Shown here: positions 1 to 8,600 of the stretch, in pieces
How positions within the stretch are numbered: position 1 is the stretch's first letter
Layout of the letters: every line of letters starts with the position of its first letter
NCBI GenBank assembly: GCA_030697505.1
Contig: JAUYPX010000010.1
Location: 1 to 53,877 of the forward strand
Direction: 5' to 3'
DNA length: 53,877 nt
Source: Nanobdellota archaeon
GTDB taxonomy: Archaea; Nanobdellota; Nanobdellia; Woesearchaeales; GW2011-AR9
Notes under the pieces: model-generated
What the model saw: only the letters and a program-made list of their open reading frames with translations
Told to the model about the DNA's origin: nothing
Databases searched by the model: none
Made by a program: the position numbers and the translations under genes

Positions 1-130
1 TTTGTAAATATTCATGTGTCTCACCTCCTCTGGTGAGGCACATCACTTTGCCATGCAAAGTAGAATGTTTTCAAATAGAAAAAGCTAACGCCATTCATCC
101 CACAGCTAAAGCAGTGGGATTTCTGGCTAG
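1..130 (-). mobile_element. Probable IS200/IS605-family left end; downstream gene starts at 15 (MNIYK...) and runs off the window
   Basis: The minus strand has the subterminal hairpin aatcccactgctttagctgtgggatgaatgg. A second hairpin (tgtgcctcacc-agagga-ggtgagacaca) covers the GGAGGTGA SD just before the ATG at 15, as in IS200 tnpA leaders. The transposase itself is not visible. Confidence 0.55.
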
Positions 131-131
131 T

Positions 132-503
132 TTATCTTAAATACGCGATTTTATGAGCAGAATCCTTTTTACCGATTAAAGTAAATTTTATTTGTTCCTT
201 TTGCAAACCAAGATGCTGTACTAAATACTGCTTTATATCCCTACCATGCCCAGGATATTCATCATCAATAATTACTATTGAATCTTTGTCAACCTTTTCT
301 TTCAATAACAGATAAAGCCCATAAGAGAATAATCTCAAAGCCAGATTTGTTTTATGTTTCTTTTGACATTGAGTGAAGATATTTTGTTTTATCTTTTTTG
401 ATATTCTGATGGAATATTGAATTTCATTGGAAGAAAAAGCAAGAATGGTATCCATGCTTGTATCTTCGGCCTTTCCAGACTGATCGATGGTAAAATGACG
501 CAT
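132..503 (-). CDS. Hypothetical protein, possibly RNase H-like/DUF3800-like; may be C-terminally truncated by the IS end
   Basis: 123-aa ORF with acidic motifs IDQSG and IIDDEY; the stop abuts the IS-like hairpin. Confidence 0.5.
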   Translation of the reverse strand: MRHFTIDQSGKAEDTSMDTILAFSSNEIQYSIRISKKIKQNIFTQCQKKHKTNLALRLFSYGLYLLLKEKVDKDSIVIIDDEYPGHGRDIKQYLVQHLGLQKEQIKFTLIGKKDSAHKIAYLR

Positions 504-562
504 TTAATTATTGCCAAGGCTCTTATTTGAAAGATTATACTATCTACAGAAGATACTTTATA

Positions 563-1519
563 TTAATGTAGTTCTTCCACTTTCTTCTCCACAAACAGAT
601 CATCCCTGATAAAAAAAGTAGAAAAGAAACCAAACGAATATTCTATCAAAAAACCCAGCACATACCTGGTTCCCGTGATGACCGGACTTACGCCGATCGC
701 GCTGAACACATACACCCCGATCGCTTGTTTGATGCCCAATCCATTCACGGTCAAAGGGATAGAGTTACTTAAGGTTTCCAATCCGCTGACTAATATCAGA
801 GTCAGCAGAGGGATATCAGTTTCCAGGGCTAAAAACATCGCCTTAGCAGATAATGCCAACACCATCATACGCACTAAGGTAAATACCATGTTCAGCAAAA
901 CCATGTCTTTATGTTCCTGCTCATAAGAGAAAAGCGTCTTACTAAAACCAGCAAAATGCCGAGCATACTTGCGCAAGATCCATTTCTTGATAAAATCCCG
1001 TGATCTTGAACTGAGCAGCAGCACGAAGAGCATCAGCATCAGAAATACATACAATACAAACGCAGTGATATGCTGGCCTTTCATGAAAGCAGAGACCGCG
1101 ATGATCCCCAGGAGCATGGAGATAGTGACCGTGATCAGCTTATCTGTGACTACTGCCGCCACGCCTCGGCCGAGATTGATATTCTCCCCTTTCAGATAGT
1201 AGGAAAGAGAAAATTCCCCCAATCTTCCCGGAAAAATAAGCGAGGTTACCCTGCTGGCAAAAAAATATTGTATAAACCTTCTGGGATCAATCTTCTGCAG
1301 GGGATAAAATAAGATATACAGATTCATCACCGCAATGAATACGGAGACGATAAAAAAGAGATAGGCCAGTACAAGATATTTGAACTCAGTCGCTGCCAGT
1401 AACGACCAGATCTGTTTGATGCCGATAGTCCAGAAGAGAATTACCAGCAATAACGGCCCAAGGAAATATTTTATCACTCTGGGCCAGAACTTCAAAACAG
1501 AGGAGATATATTTCTGCAT
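563..1519 (-). CDS. Lysylphosphatidylglycerol synthase TM / UPF0104 flippase-like membrane protein
   Basis: 318 aa, multi-TM; motifs PGRLGE, DKL, PLTVNGLGIKQ. Confidence 0.8.
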   Translation of the reverse strand: MQKYISSVLKFWPRVIKYFLGPLLLVILFWTIGIKQIWSLLAATEFKYLVLAYLFFIVSVFIAVMNLYILFYPLQKIDPRRFIQYFFASRVTSLIFPGRLGEFSLSYYLKGENINLGRGVAAVVTDKLITVTISMLLGIIAVSAFMKGQHITAFVLYVFLMLMLFVLLLSSRSRDFIKKWILRKYARHFAGFSKTLFSYEQEHKDMVLLNMVFTLVRMMVLALSAKAMFLALETDIPLLTLILVSGLETLSNSIPLTVNGLGIKQAIGVYVFSAIGVSPVITGTRYVLGFLIEYSFGFFSTFFIRDDLFVEKKVEELH

Positions 1520-1525
1520 CTCACA

Positions 1526-2533
1526 TCACACTTTCTCAACAATCACTGCTTCATTTCCTAAATACAACAACGCATAGGTTTTGTCACCAGTAAGTTTTGC
1601 TTCCATTTTCTTTCGGATCTTCCAATATTCAGCCGGATCGACCGGTATCCGCAATATTACCTTTCCGGCATCATGTTTCTGCAGGATGGTCATGATCTCA
1701 TGCTCTTCCTGAGCGCACATATCTACAACTTTAAAAACGTTTTTGAAAAAATGACTTTGTATCTTTTTGTCGCCGGTAAAAAACACCGCTTTCCCTTCAT
1801 CATATAATTCCGCGCCGGTTTCCTCAGACAACTCCGCCACTAGACCGGCCTTCACTGCCGCCGGATCGGCTTCGTAGAGATATTCACCCAGCTGATCTGT
1901 CTCTTCAAGCGTAGAATTCTCGTCAGAACACAATCTTTCCTTTCCCGGAAGGATGACTGCGCTTCTTTCGCATTTTTGCAGATCGCCAAAATACAGAGTC
2001 AGCCGATTCAAAGCCCCATCAATCGACAGATACTCCCGCTCGCAGTCAAAAGGTATTTCCGTAATCTGCGGCGGGAATTCAATGGCGATATTTTCCGTAA
2101 GTGCTCGATATTTCTTCAACAGCTCAGGGATATTAGGTTTGATGGTAGCTACATTGCGCTGCCGCTCTTCCGGTGAGCGTTCCGGATCGCAGAAAACAAT
2201 TTCTACATCCTTTAATTGGGCAATGACTTTCTCGGAAAGCGCATCTCCAGGAATGAATTCAATGTTCTTCCATCCCAGGATCTTAGCATTCTTTTCCGCC
2301 AGCTTGATTTTCTCTGTATCAATCTCGATGGCGTATACTTTCTTGCAGGTTTTCGCAAAGGCAAAACTCTGGAAGCCGATGCCGCAGCCGATATCAACGA
2401 TCGTCTTGCACTTCAATCGCTGCGCCCGGTATTCCGCAGCCAGTTCATGGGTAGCCCAGCGGATATCTTCATCTCGATAATGCAGCTTTTTCGCTTTGGA
2501 ATGTTTGGATAATGCTTTTTTGCTAGCCGCCAT
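1526..2533 (-). CDS. Class I SAM-dependent methyltransferase with THUMP-like C-terminal region
   Basis: Motif I VDIGCGIG, AIEID, GDAL, FCDPER; YLYEADPAAVKAGL region. Confidence 0.8.
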   Translation of the reverse strand: MAASKKALSKHSKAKKLHYRDEDIRWATHELAAEYRAQRLKCKTIVDIGCGIGFQSFAFAKTCKKVYAIEIDTEKIKLAEKNAKILGWKNIEFIPGDALSEKVIAQLKDVEIVFCDPERSPEERQRNVATIKPNIPELLKKYRALTENIAIEFPPQITEIPFDCEREYLSIDGALNRLTLYFGDLQKCERSAVILPGKERLCSDENSTLEETDQLGEYLYEADPAAVKAGLVAELSEETGAELYDEGKAVFFTGDKKIQSHFFKNVFKVVDMCAQEEHEIMTILQKHDAGKVILRIPVDPAEYWKIRKKMEAKLTGDKTYALLYLGNEAVIVEKV

Positions 2534-2593
2534 GCTAGGATGATTATAAGTATATTTTTAAGGGTTTCCAAACCAAAAAGAAAAAACATCAGC

Positions 2594-2775
2594 AGGATAT
2601 GCCGGCTCTGTAGAAAAAGTAGGTTAGCATCATCAGGTCAAAGCTACTCCAATAACATTTCGAGCTGACAAGAGGGAAGTCCCTTACGGGGAACGTCAGC
2701 CATAAAAGAAAAAAGGCACAGCTTTGAAGATGCTAACCCGAACGAAGTGAGATTTTCTACAGAGCAGGATATGCC
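2594..2775. mobile_element. MITE-like structured element with terminal inverted repeats and flanking direct repeat
   Basis: 13-bp IR gctctgtagaaaa (2605-2617) / ttttctacagagc (2753-2765); flanking aggatatgcc at 2594-2603 and 2766-2775; nested internal stems. Confidence 0.6.
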
Positions 2776-2834
2776 CCAACATTTATATAGCTAAACCCTA
2801 CTTTGCAGACAAAAATCTTTGGAGATCGAAGAGC

Positions 2835-3239
2835 ATGAGTTATTTAGAAACAAAATATAAGGATCATCTCTATCTAGTTTTTCGCGTAGGTATGGGTGCA
2901 TTATTTTTTATGTTTGGAGTGCAGAAATTATTCGGATTGTGGGGTATGCCCGGCGGAGCGGCTGCTTTTGGAACTTTAGTCTGGTTTGCTGGTGCTGCTG
3001 AACTTTTAATTGGTATGGCTGTAGCCTTAGGTATTTTTACTCGGCTTGCTTCTCTCTTTGGCGTGGTCGAGATGGCAGTAGCCTATGTCCTGGGACACGC
3101 TATGGTAGCCGGATGGAATCCTGCAGTTAATATGGGAACACCTGCTCTCTTATTTCTACTGGCATTCTTGGTAACCCTGGCCTATGGCGCAGGAAAAGCT
3201 AGTTTGGAACGAAAAGTGATGGGAAAAGAGATGTTCTAA
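2835..3239 (+). CDS. DoxX family membrane protein
   Basis: RVGMGALFFMFGVQKLFG, ELLIG...LGIFTRLAS, YGAGKASL; TATA-like tttatata near 2782. Confidence 0.85.
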   Translation: MSYLETKYKDHLYLVFRVGMGALFFMFGVQKLFGLWGMPGGAAAFGTLVWFAGAAELLIGMAVALGIFTRLASLFGVVEMAVAYVLGHAMVAGWNPAVNMGTPALLFLLAFLVTLAYGAGKASLERKVMGKEMF

Positions 3240-3378
3240 GTTTTTTTTATTTATTTTTCTTAATTTCTCATAAACCCCAGAAAACTTCTTAAACCCATAC
3301 TTCTTCTCTAAAATATATGTCTTACAAAAACGCACCGCATTTTTTGGAAGGCCCAAAAATCGCTGAAGGTGATTTTTG

Positions 3379-4023
3379 ATGCCTAAGAAGGAAACTATCG
3401 TAGTATTCAGCGCCCATTCTGATGATTTTGTGATCGGTGCTGGCGGAACTATCGCTAAATACGCTCAGGAAGGAAAAAAAGTACTAGCTATTGTGCTTTC
3501 CTACGGAGAAAAATCCCATCCCTGGCTGAAGCGCAAAGTAGTCAAAAGCATGCGCGCCAAAGAGACGAAAGAAGCTTCAAAACTGCTGAAATGCAAATCT
3601 ATTTTTTTTGACCTGAAAGAAGGAAAATTCCGGGAAGGATATCAAGAAGCAAATCTGCAGGAAACCTTGCTGAAAATCATCGAAAAAGAAAAACCAAGCA
3701 AAATATTCACCCACAGCCATGAAGATCCGCATCCAGACCATAGAGCGGTGCATCAGATCACCTTAGAAGTGTTTGAAAAATTATCGCACCAGCCAGAATT
3801 ATATATGTATTCAATCTGGAATCCGGTCTCCTTCAAGACTCACTATCCTTCCCTGTACGTGGACATCAGCAAGACTTTCTCCTTGAAATTGAAAGCGCTC
3901 TGGAAATTCAGAAGCCAGAAAGTGCATGTCTCTTATCCCTTCATCCTGCTCATGTATAAAGCTATCAAAGACGGATTCAAGATGCGCGCCCGCTTCGGAG
4001 AACACTTTTTCAGGATAAAATGA
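3379..4023 (+). CDS. PIG-L/LmbE family N-acetylglucosaminyl deacetylase
   Basis: AHSDD...GAGGTI and DPHPDH metal-binding motifs; SD-like gaaggtga upstream. Confidence 0.85.
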   Translation: MPKKETIVVFSAHSDDFVIGAGGTIAKYAQEGKKVLAIVLSYGEKSHPWLKRKVVKSMRAKETKEASKLLKCKSIFFDLKEGKFREGYQEANLQETLLKIIEKEKPSKIFTHSHEDPHPDHRAVHQITLEVFEKLSHQPELYMYSIWNPVSFKTHYPSLYVDISKTFSLKLKALWKFRSQKVHVSYPFILLMYKAIKDGFKMRARFGEHFFRIK

Positions 4024-4063
4024 ACCAAAGAAAAGATGATAAAAGAAGTAAATATTTTGTAAT

Positions 4064-4232
4064 TGCGCCAACGGCGGTGCGACGGTCAAAACTTCGTTTT
4101 GCCCTACTTGACAGCCCGGAGGGCGTGTCCCCAGTCAAGCCGCACGCCATGGCGCAAGACGCGACAGGGGTTGCTCCCTACGGGATGTCGCGTAGGACAG
4201 GAACTGTCCGTCTTGCCGCCAAGGAGGCGTGC
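4064..4232. repeat. GC-rich multibranched palindromic insertion flanked by an 8-bp direct repeat
   Basis: tttgtaat at 4056-4063 and 4233-4240; stems cttgac/gtcaag, caagac/gtcttg, gcgaca/tgtcgc, ggacag/ctgtcc. Confidence 0.55.
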
Positions 4233-4279
4233 TTTGTAATGATTAAATCACGACTAAATTCATCATCACTCTCTCAAAA

Positions 4280-5413
4280 ATGAATAAACCAAAATTACTC
4301 ATAGTGGCCGACACCTATTATCCTAAGGTAGATGGAACCCTCAAGTTCATTGAGGAATTTCTGAAACGCTCCCAAGATGCCTTTGAGATATCCTTGTTAG
4401 TTCCCGATTACGGCACCCACAAAGGAAAAAAAGTTACTTACATCGAAGTCTCCAAAATCTGGAAAGTGTCCGGCTATGCCAACCTGAAATTCTCCCCTTC
4501 AAATATCAAAAAGATGAAAACCGCCATCCAGGAAGCGGACCTGATCTTTATCCAAGGCCCGGCCTTGCTCAGCTATGCCAGCATCTATTATGCGCGAAAG
4601 TACAATAAAAAGATATTTTTCTACACTCATACCTTAACGTGGGAACTGTTTGAAAAATTCTTTCCCGGCCTTTTCAAAAAACCGATCTCCTATCTTATCA
4701 AAAGACTATCTATCTCCATGTACAACCGCTGTGATGAGATCCTGGTGCCTTACCATGAATTAAAAGAACATCTGCAGGAGCAAGGAGTAGAGACGGAGAT
4801 CACCACCGCCAGATTGGGAGTAGACATAGATATTTTCAATCCCACTGCAGACAAGCGCGCCAGCAAAGAAAAGATCCATCTTGATCCTGATAAAAGAGTC
4901 ATCGGCTATGTAGGAAGGATTTCCAAGGAGAAAAACACGCAGCTCTTGCTGGAAGCGTTCCAAAAAATAGAGGAACAGGACAACATCACCTTGCTGATGG
5001 TCGGCGACGGACCGGAAAAGCAGACCAAGGAATTAAAGAAACTGAAAAACTGCAAAGTGATTGGTTTTGTCTACAATGTGCAGGATTACTTGAAGGCCAT
5101 GGACGTTTTCGTCATGCCCAGTCTTACTGAGACCACTTCCTTAGCTACGTTAGAAGCCATGTCTACCGGGCTGCCGGTGATCGCGACGAGAGTGGGATTC
5201 ATCAAAAGCTATATCATCAAAAACCATAATGGCCTTTTCTTTCCCCGTAACAGTTCCAGCATGTTGTCGGTGAAAATTTCAAAATTATTGAAAGATCGGG
5301 AATATCGTGAACGCCTGGGGCAGAACGCCAGAAAAACTGTCGCTTACGGCTTTTCCTGGGAACGATCCATTAACAGGATCAAACGGATATTGTTGAAACG
5401 ATATTATCATTGA
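4280..5413 (+). CDS. Glycosyltransferase family 4 (GT-B)
   Basis: DTYYPKVDG, YVGRISKEKN, VGDGP, PSLTETTSLATLEAMSTGLPVI. Confidence 0.9.
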   Translation: MNKPKLLIVADTYYPKVDGTLKFIEEFLKRSQDAFEISLLVPDYGTHKGKKVTYIEVSKIWKVSGYANLKFSPSNIKKMKTAIQEADLIFIQGPALLSYASIYYARKYNKKIFFYTHTLTWELFEKFFPGLFKKPISYLIKRLSISMYNRCDEILVPYHELKEHLQEQGVETEITTARLGVDIDIFNPTADKRASKEKIHLDPDKRVIGYVGRISKEKNTQLLLEAFQKIEEQDNITLLMVGDGPEKQTKELKKLKNCKVIGFVYNVQDYLKAMDVFVMPSLTETTSLATLEAMSTGLPVIATRVGFIKSYIIKNHNGLFFPRNSSSMLSVKISKLLKDREYRERLGQNARKTVAYGFSWERSINRIKRILLKRYYH

Positions 5414-5442
5414 GAATTCTACAATTTTTCTTTCAATTTTCT

Positions 5443-5827
5443 TAAAATCTGCTTTTTTCACCAGTGTCCTGAGAAGCGAAGCTTCTGGGATGCAAGAAAT
5501 TAAGAAACTACTTAATTTCTGCACTGAAATCCGGTAGTTTCCTGATTTCATGTGCCAATAAAGTAGTTTCTTTATTGTGCATATTTCACGGGTGGTGAAT
5601 CAGTGATTTCACCTAGGCTGGAAAAAGCAGGGTCGGAAAACCGCCCTGAGCGAAGCGAACATGCATGAAATTTGAAAACTATCAAATTTCAGCACTGAAA
5701 ACTAATCGTTGCAAGAAAAGTGAAAGCTATCACTTTTCTGCACAGGAAAGAAATCTTTGTTTCTTTCCTTGTGTTAGTTTTCATGTGCGACCAGTCTATT
5801 GACTGGTCGTGGGCGGTTTTCTTTGAC
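5443..5827. repeat. Composite array of nested bulged hairpins (two branched units); 5443-5581 is repeated at 53739-53877
   Basis: Outer stems 5449-5630 and 5632-5827; inner hairpins with AAACTA/TAGTTT loops; 138 of 139 nt identical to the window-end copy. Confidence 0.85.
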
Positions 5828-5874
5828 TGTTGCCTTCAGAATACATTTATAAGTCTCAAAAATTTCTTTTCTCT

Positions 5875-8463
5875 ATGTACAAAAAGAGTACAGGTAGAGT
5901 TAGAGGTATTTCTAGTTCTCGAGGGCAGATCACGGTATTTATGATTTTAGGATTATTGATTTTGTTTGTATTCATTTTTGTGTTCAGTCTCAGCGCAGGC
6001 ATCAAGAAAAGCCAGCTCCAAGATATCCAGGAAAAAACATTAACCAAGTCGTTCAAAAAAGAGGCTTTGCGTATTTTTGTGGAAGATTGCCTTATTGATG
6101 AGTTGGAAACAGGCTTAGTGATTATCGGAAAGCAGGGAAGATTATGGAGCGATCAGCCTGGCGGAACCAGAAACTTTGAAGAAGGGCTTTCAGGAATAAA
6201 TGCCGGTAATGATAGGGTATTTTACGGCATAATCCGCGATCCTTATCTCGAATATGAGAATGCCTACCCTTGCAGCAATGAGTCCAGTCCTGATGAATTC
6301 TGCCAATACTCCTATCCCGACACTAAAGTTGGTTTCGGTTCATTAGAATTACGAAGCAGCACTATTCAGAGCGATTTGCGCAGATATCTCTTGAATAGGA
6401 CCGTCTGGTGTGTTTCAGAATTCACCAGAAATAATATTTCCAGCAGCGCGGTGCTTGAGTCACAGGAAATCAATCTCGATCTAGGAATCCACGACCACGG
6501 CATTGATGTGAAAGTCAATTATCCCCTGAAGTTAAGCTTAGGGAATGAAGAATTTTTTCACTTGTCGCAATTTGATTTCTTTTACCCGACCAGGTTTAAG
6601 GCTTTGCTCGATACTGCAGTCAGCTACCCCCTACGCATCGATTGGCAGTATGTCGATTTTAGTTACAATAAGAGCACCTTAGAGAATACTTCTTTCGCGT
6701 ATGGAAATGAAGTTGATATACAAAATGGAAATTGTTCACCTTTCAAAAATTATTTCTTCTGCCAGCAGGCTTTGTTTTCTGAACAATATGCGTCGTTAGG
6801 AGTAGAGATGATTCGGCAACCCCTGCCTAATGGCGATGATGTGTTCATCTTCAAATCCCCCAGTGTCTTGAATTCGCCGGAATTATATACATATCAATTT
6901 GCACGGCAAAATAGGCCGCCGGCATTGGATTATGTGCATAGGTTAGAGTGTCCTGCGGCAGGGTATGATTATGTGGTGATTAAAGGTGACCCAGAATTAG
7001 GAATAATCAATTTCACGCTTTCTGCGTCTGATCCTGATGAAGACAAAGTCAGTTATAATATCCTTAGCGATGATCTCGGCAATTCTGAGGGACAGGATTA
7101 TGTGCGTACAGAAGTTGCAGGACGAAAAGAACCATATACTATCCGCGCCTATGCGCGTGATCAGCATAATGTGCAGGATTGGCAGAACGTCCGTGTATTG
7201 GTCGATAGGCCTTTAGAATTAGACGTTTCTTTGTTTATGCCCTACAAATTTAGAACTTCAGATGGTAATGTAAAAGATTATAGTGGAGCTGACGGAATCT
7301 TTCCGATAAGCGGGACCTATTTAGTCTCCATAGAAGATCCAAGCTTTCTGAAAGTGGTGTTTCCAGAAACTTCTTATGCGCCGCCATCGTCATATTCGCA
7401 GGAGATCAGATTGACCTATTCTAACAAGAATGGGACCGGAACAGAAAATTTTGATTACAAAATCCCAGAGGGATTGCAGATCGTCGGAAATCAAGGGTGT
7501 TTCAGTTTCCCGGGAGGAAGTTCAAAATCGAAAGATTGTACCTTGACAGGGTATAAGGATGATATCTCTGCTTGGAGTAAATTGTTTACGGGCGTATTCA
7601 ATAATTTTAGAGAAGTTACTGAAAAAGGAGAACTCAATCTTTCATTTAACGCCCAATATTGTGCTCGGTTCACTGAAGTAGAATCGGAAGTGATCAAAGT
7701 AGTGGTCAATGAATGTGTGCCGCATAGAAATCCTGGACATCCCTGGGCTTATCCAAATCACAATTTGAAATATGATAATTTTAATTTTAATACTCTCCAA
7801 GGAGAATGTGTAGCAGATGAAAATGGGAAATGTGTAGAAGAAGAGATCAATCCCTTTGAAGCGACACACAGCTGTTGCATAGGGGTGGCAGAAAATCCTA
7901 ACGATTGGCAGATTGCCGATGCAGATCATCCTAAGCCTTGCTTTGTCAATCCTGAGCCGGGGTGTTATGGCCAAGTCCGATCCACAAAATTTTCCGGCAC
8001 GCCGTACACTTCTTTAAAACCAGGGTATGTACAAGAAGTCCAACAGCAATTCTGCAGTGGAAATCGCGGCAATACCTGTGATGGAGCATTTAAGAATAAA
8101 CTTATGGATGGAACATTGATCTGCGGCCGTCCGGGACAAACTGGCTGCAGCGATGATATCGATCTGAAGTGCGCAGGCCTTTTTGCTTTCGGGTATGTGG
8201 GGGAAGAAGAAAATAAGGGCTGGTGTCATGGAACCTTCGGTTGTTCTGATTTCTGCCAAAAACCGGTGGCATACACGGGACCTTCTACGCAGGAAAAAGT
8301 CTTTGATATCAATGCTATAGCGCTACAAGAAGAAGCTCTTGATGAATCTTTTATCCCCTTTAGCTGCGGCTGCACGGCAGAAGGACAGCTCTGCGACCGC
8401 AATTTTGATGGAAAATTCAATGGAGTTTGCCAGGCCGACAATAGTTGTTTAGGGGAGGCGTAG
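5875..8463 (+). CDS. Large pilin-like protein with class III signal peptide and Cys-rich C-terminus (putative adhesin)
   Basis: SRG|QITVFMILGLLILF leader; ATG at 5875 after TATA tttataag (~5846); many Cys; cadherin/Ig-like SASDPDED. Confidence 0.7.
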   Translation: MYKKSTGRVRGISSSRGQITVFMILGLLILFVFIFVFSLSAGIKKSQLQDIQEKTLTKSFKKEALRIFVEDCLIDELETGLVIIGKQGRLWSDQPGGTRNFEEGLSGINAGNDRVFYGIIRDPYLEYENAYPCSNESSPDEFCQYSYPDTKVGFGSLELRSSTIQSDLRRYLLNRTVWCVSEFTRNNISSSAVLESQEINLDLGIHDHGIDVKVNYPLKLSLGNEEFFHLSQFDFFYPTRFKALLDTAVSYPLRIDWQYVDFSYNKSTLENTSFAYGNEVDIQNGNCSPFKNYFFCQQALFSEQYASLGVEMIRQPLPNGDDVFIFKSPSVLNSPELYTYQFARQNRPPALDYVHRLECPAAGYDYVVIKGDPELGIINFTLSASDPDEDKVSYNILSDDLGNSEGQDYVRTEVAGRKEPYTIRAYARDQHNVQDWQNVRVLVDRPLELDVSLFMPYKFRTSDGNVKDYSGADGIFPISGTYLVSIEDPSFLKVVFPETSYAPPSSYSQEIRLTYSNKNGTGTENFDYKIPEGLQIVGNQGCFSFPGGSSKSKDCTLTGYKDDISAWSKLFTGVFNNFREVTEKGELNLSFNAQYCARFTEVESEVIKVVVNECVPHRNPGHPWAYPNHNLKYDNFNFNTLQGECVADENGKCVEEEINPFEATHSCCIGVAENPNDWQIADADHPKPCFVNPEPGCYGQVRSTKFSGTPYTSLKPGYVQEVQQQFCSGNRGNTCDGAFKNKLMDGTLICGRPGQTGCSDDIDLKCAGLFAFGYVGEEENKGWCHGTFGCSDFCQKPVAYTGPSTQEKVFDINAIALQEEALDESFIPFSCGCTAEGQLCDRNFDGKFNGVCQADNSCLGEA

Positions 8464-8600
8464 AAAGAAAATTTTTATCATTTTTATCGTCTTCATCTCT
8501 GGCAACCATCGAAAAATTTTAACGATTTTTCGGGGTTCTCTGAAAATCGTTGTTTTCCGATAACATTTATAAAGATAAAGTTATTGTATTAGGCTAGAGT

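Noticed and set aside
4064-4232. tRNA, SRP RNA or RNase P RNA
   Set aside because: No T-loop/anticodon cloverleaf, SRP helix-8 motif or RNase P conserved regions recognised; flanking direct repeats favour an insertion
5443-5827. CRISPR array
   Set aside because: No constant repeat with unique spacers of regular length; the units are variable-stem hairpins; no cas genes
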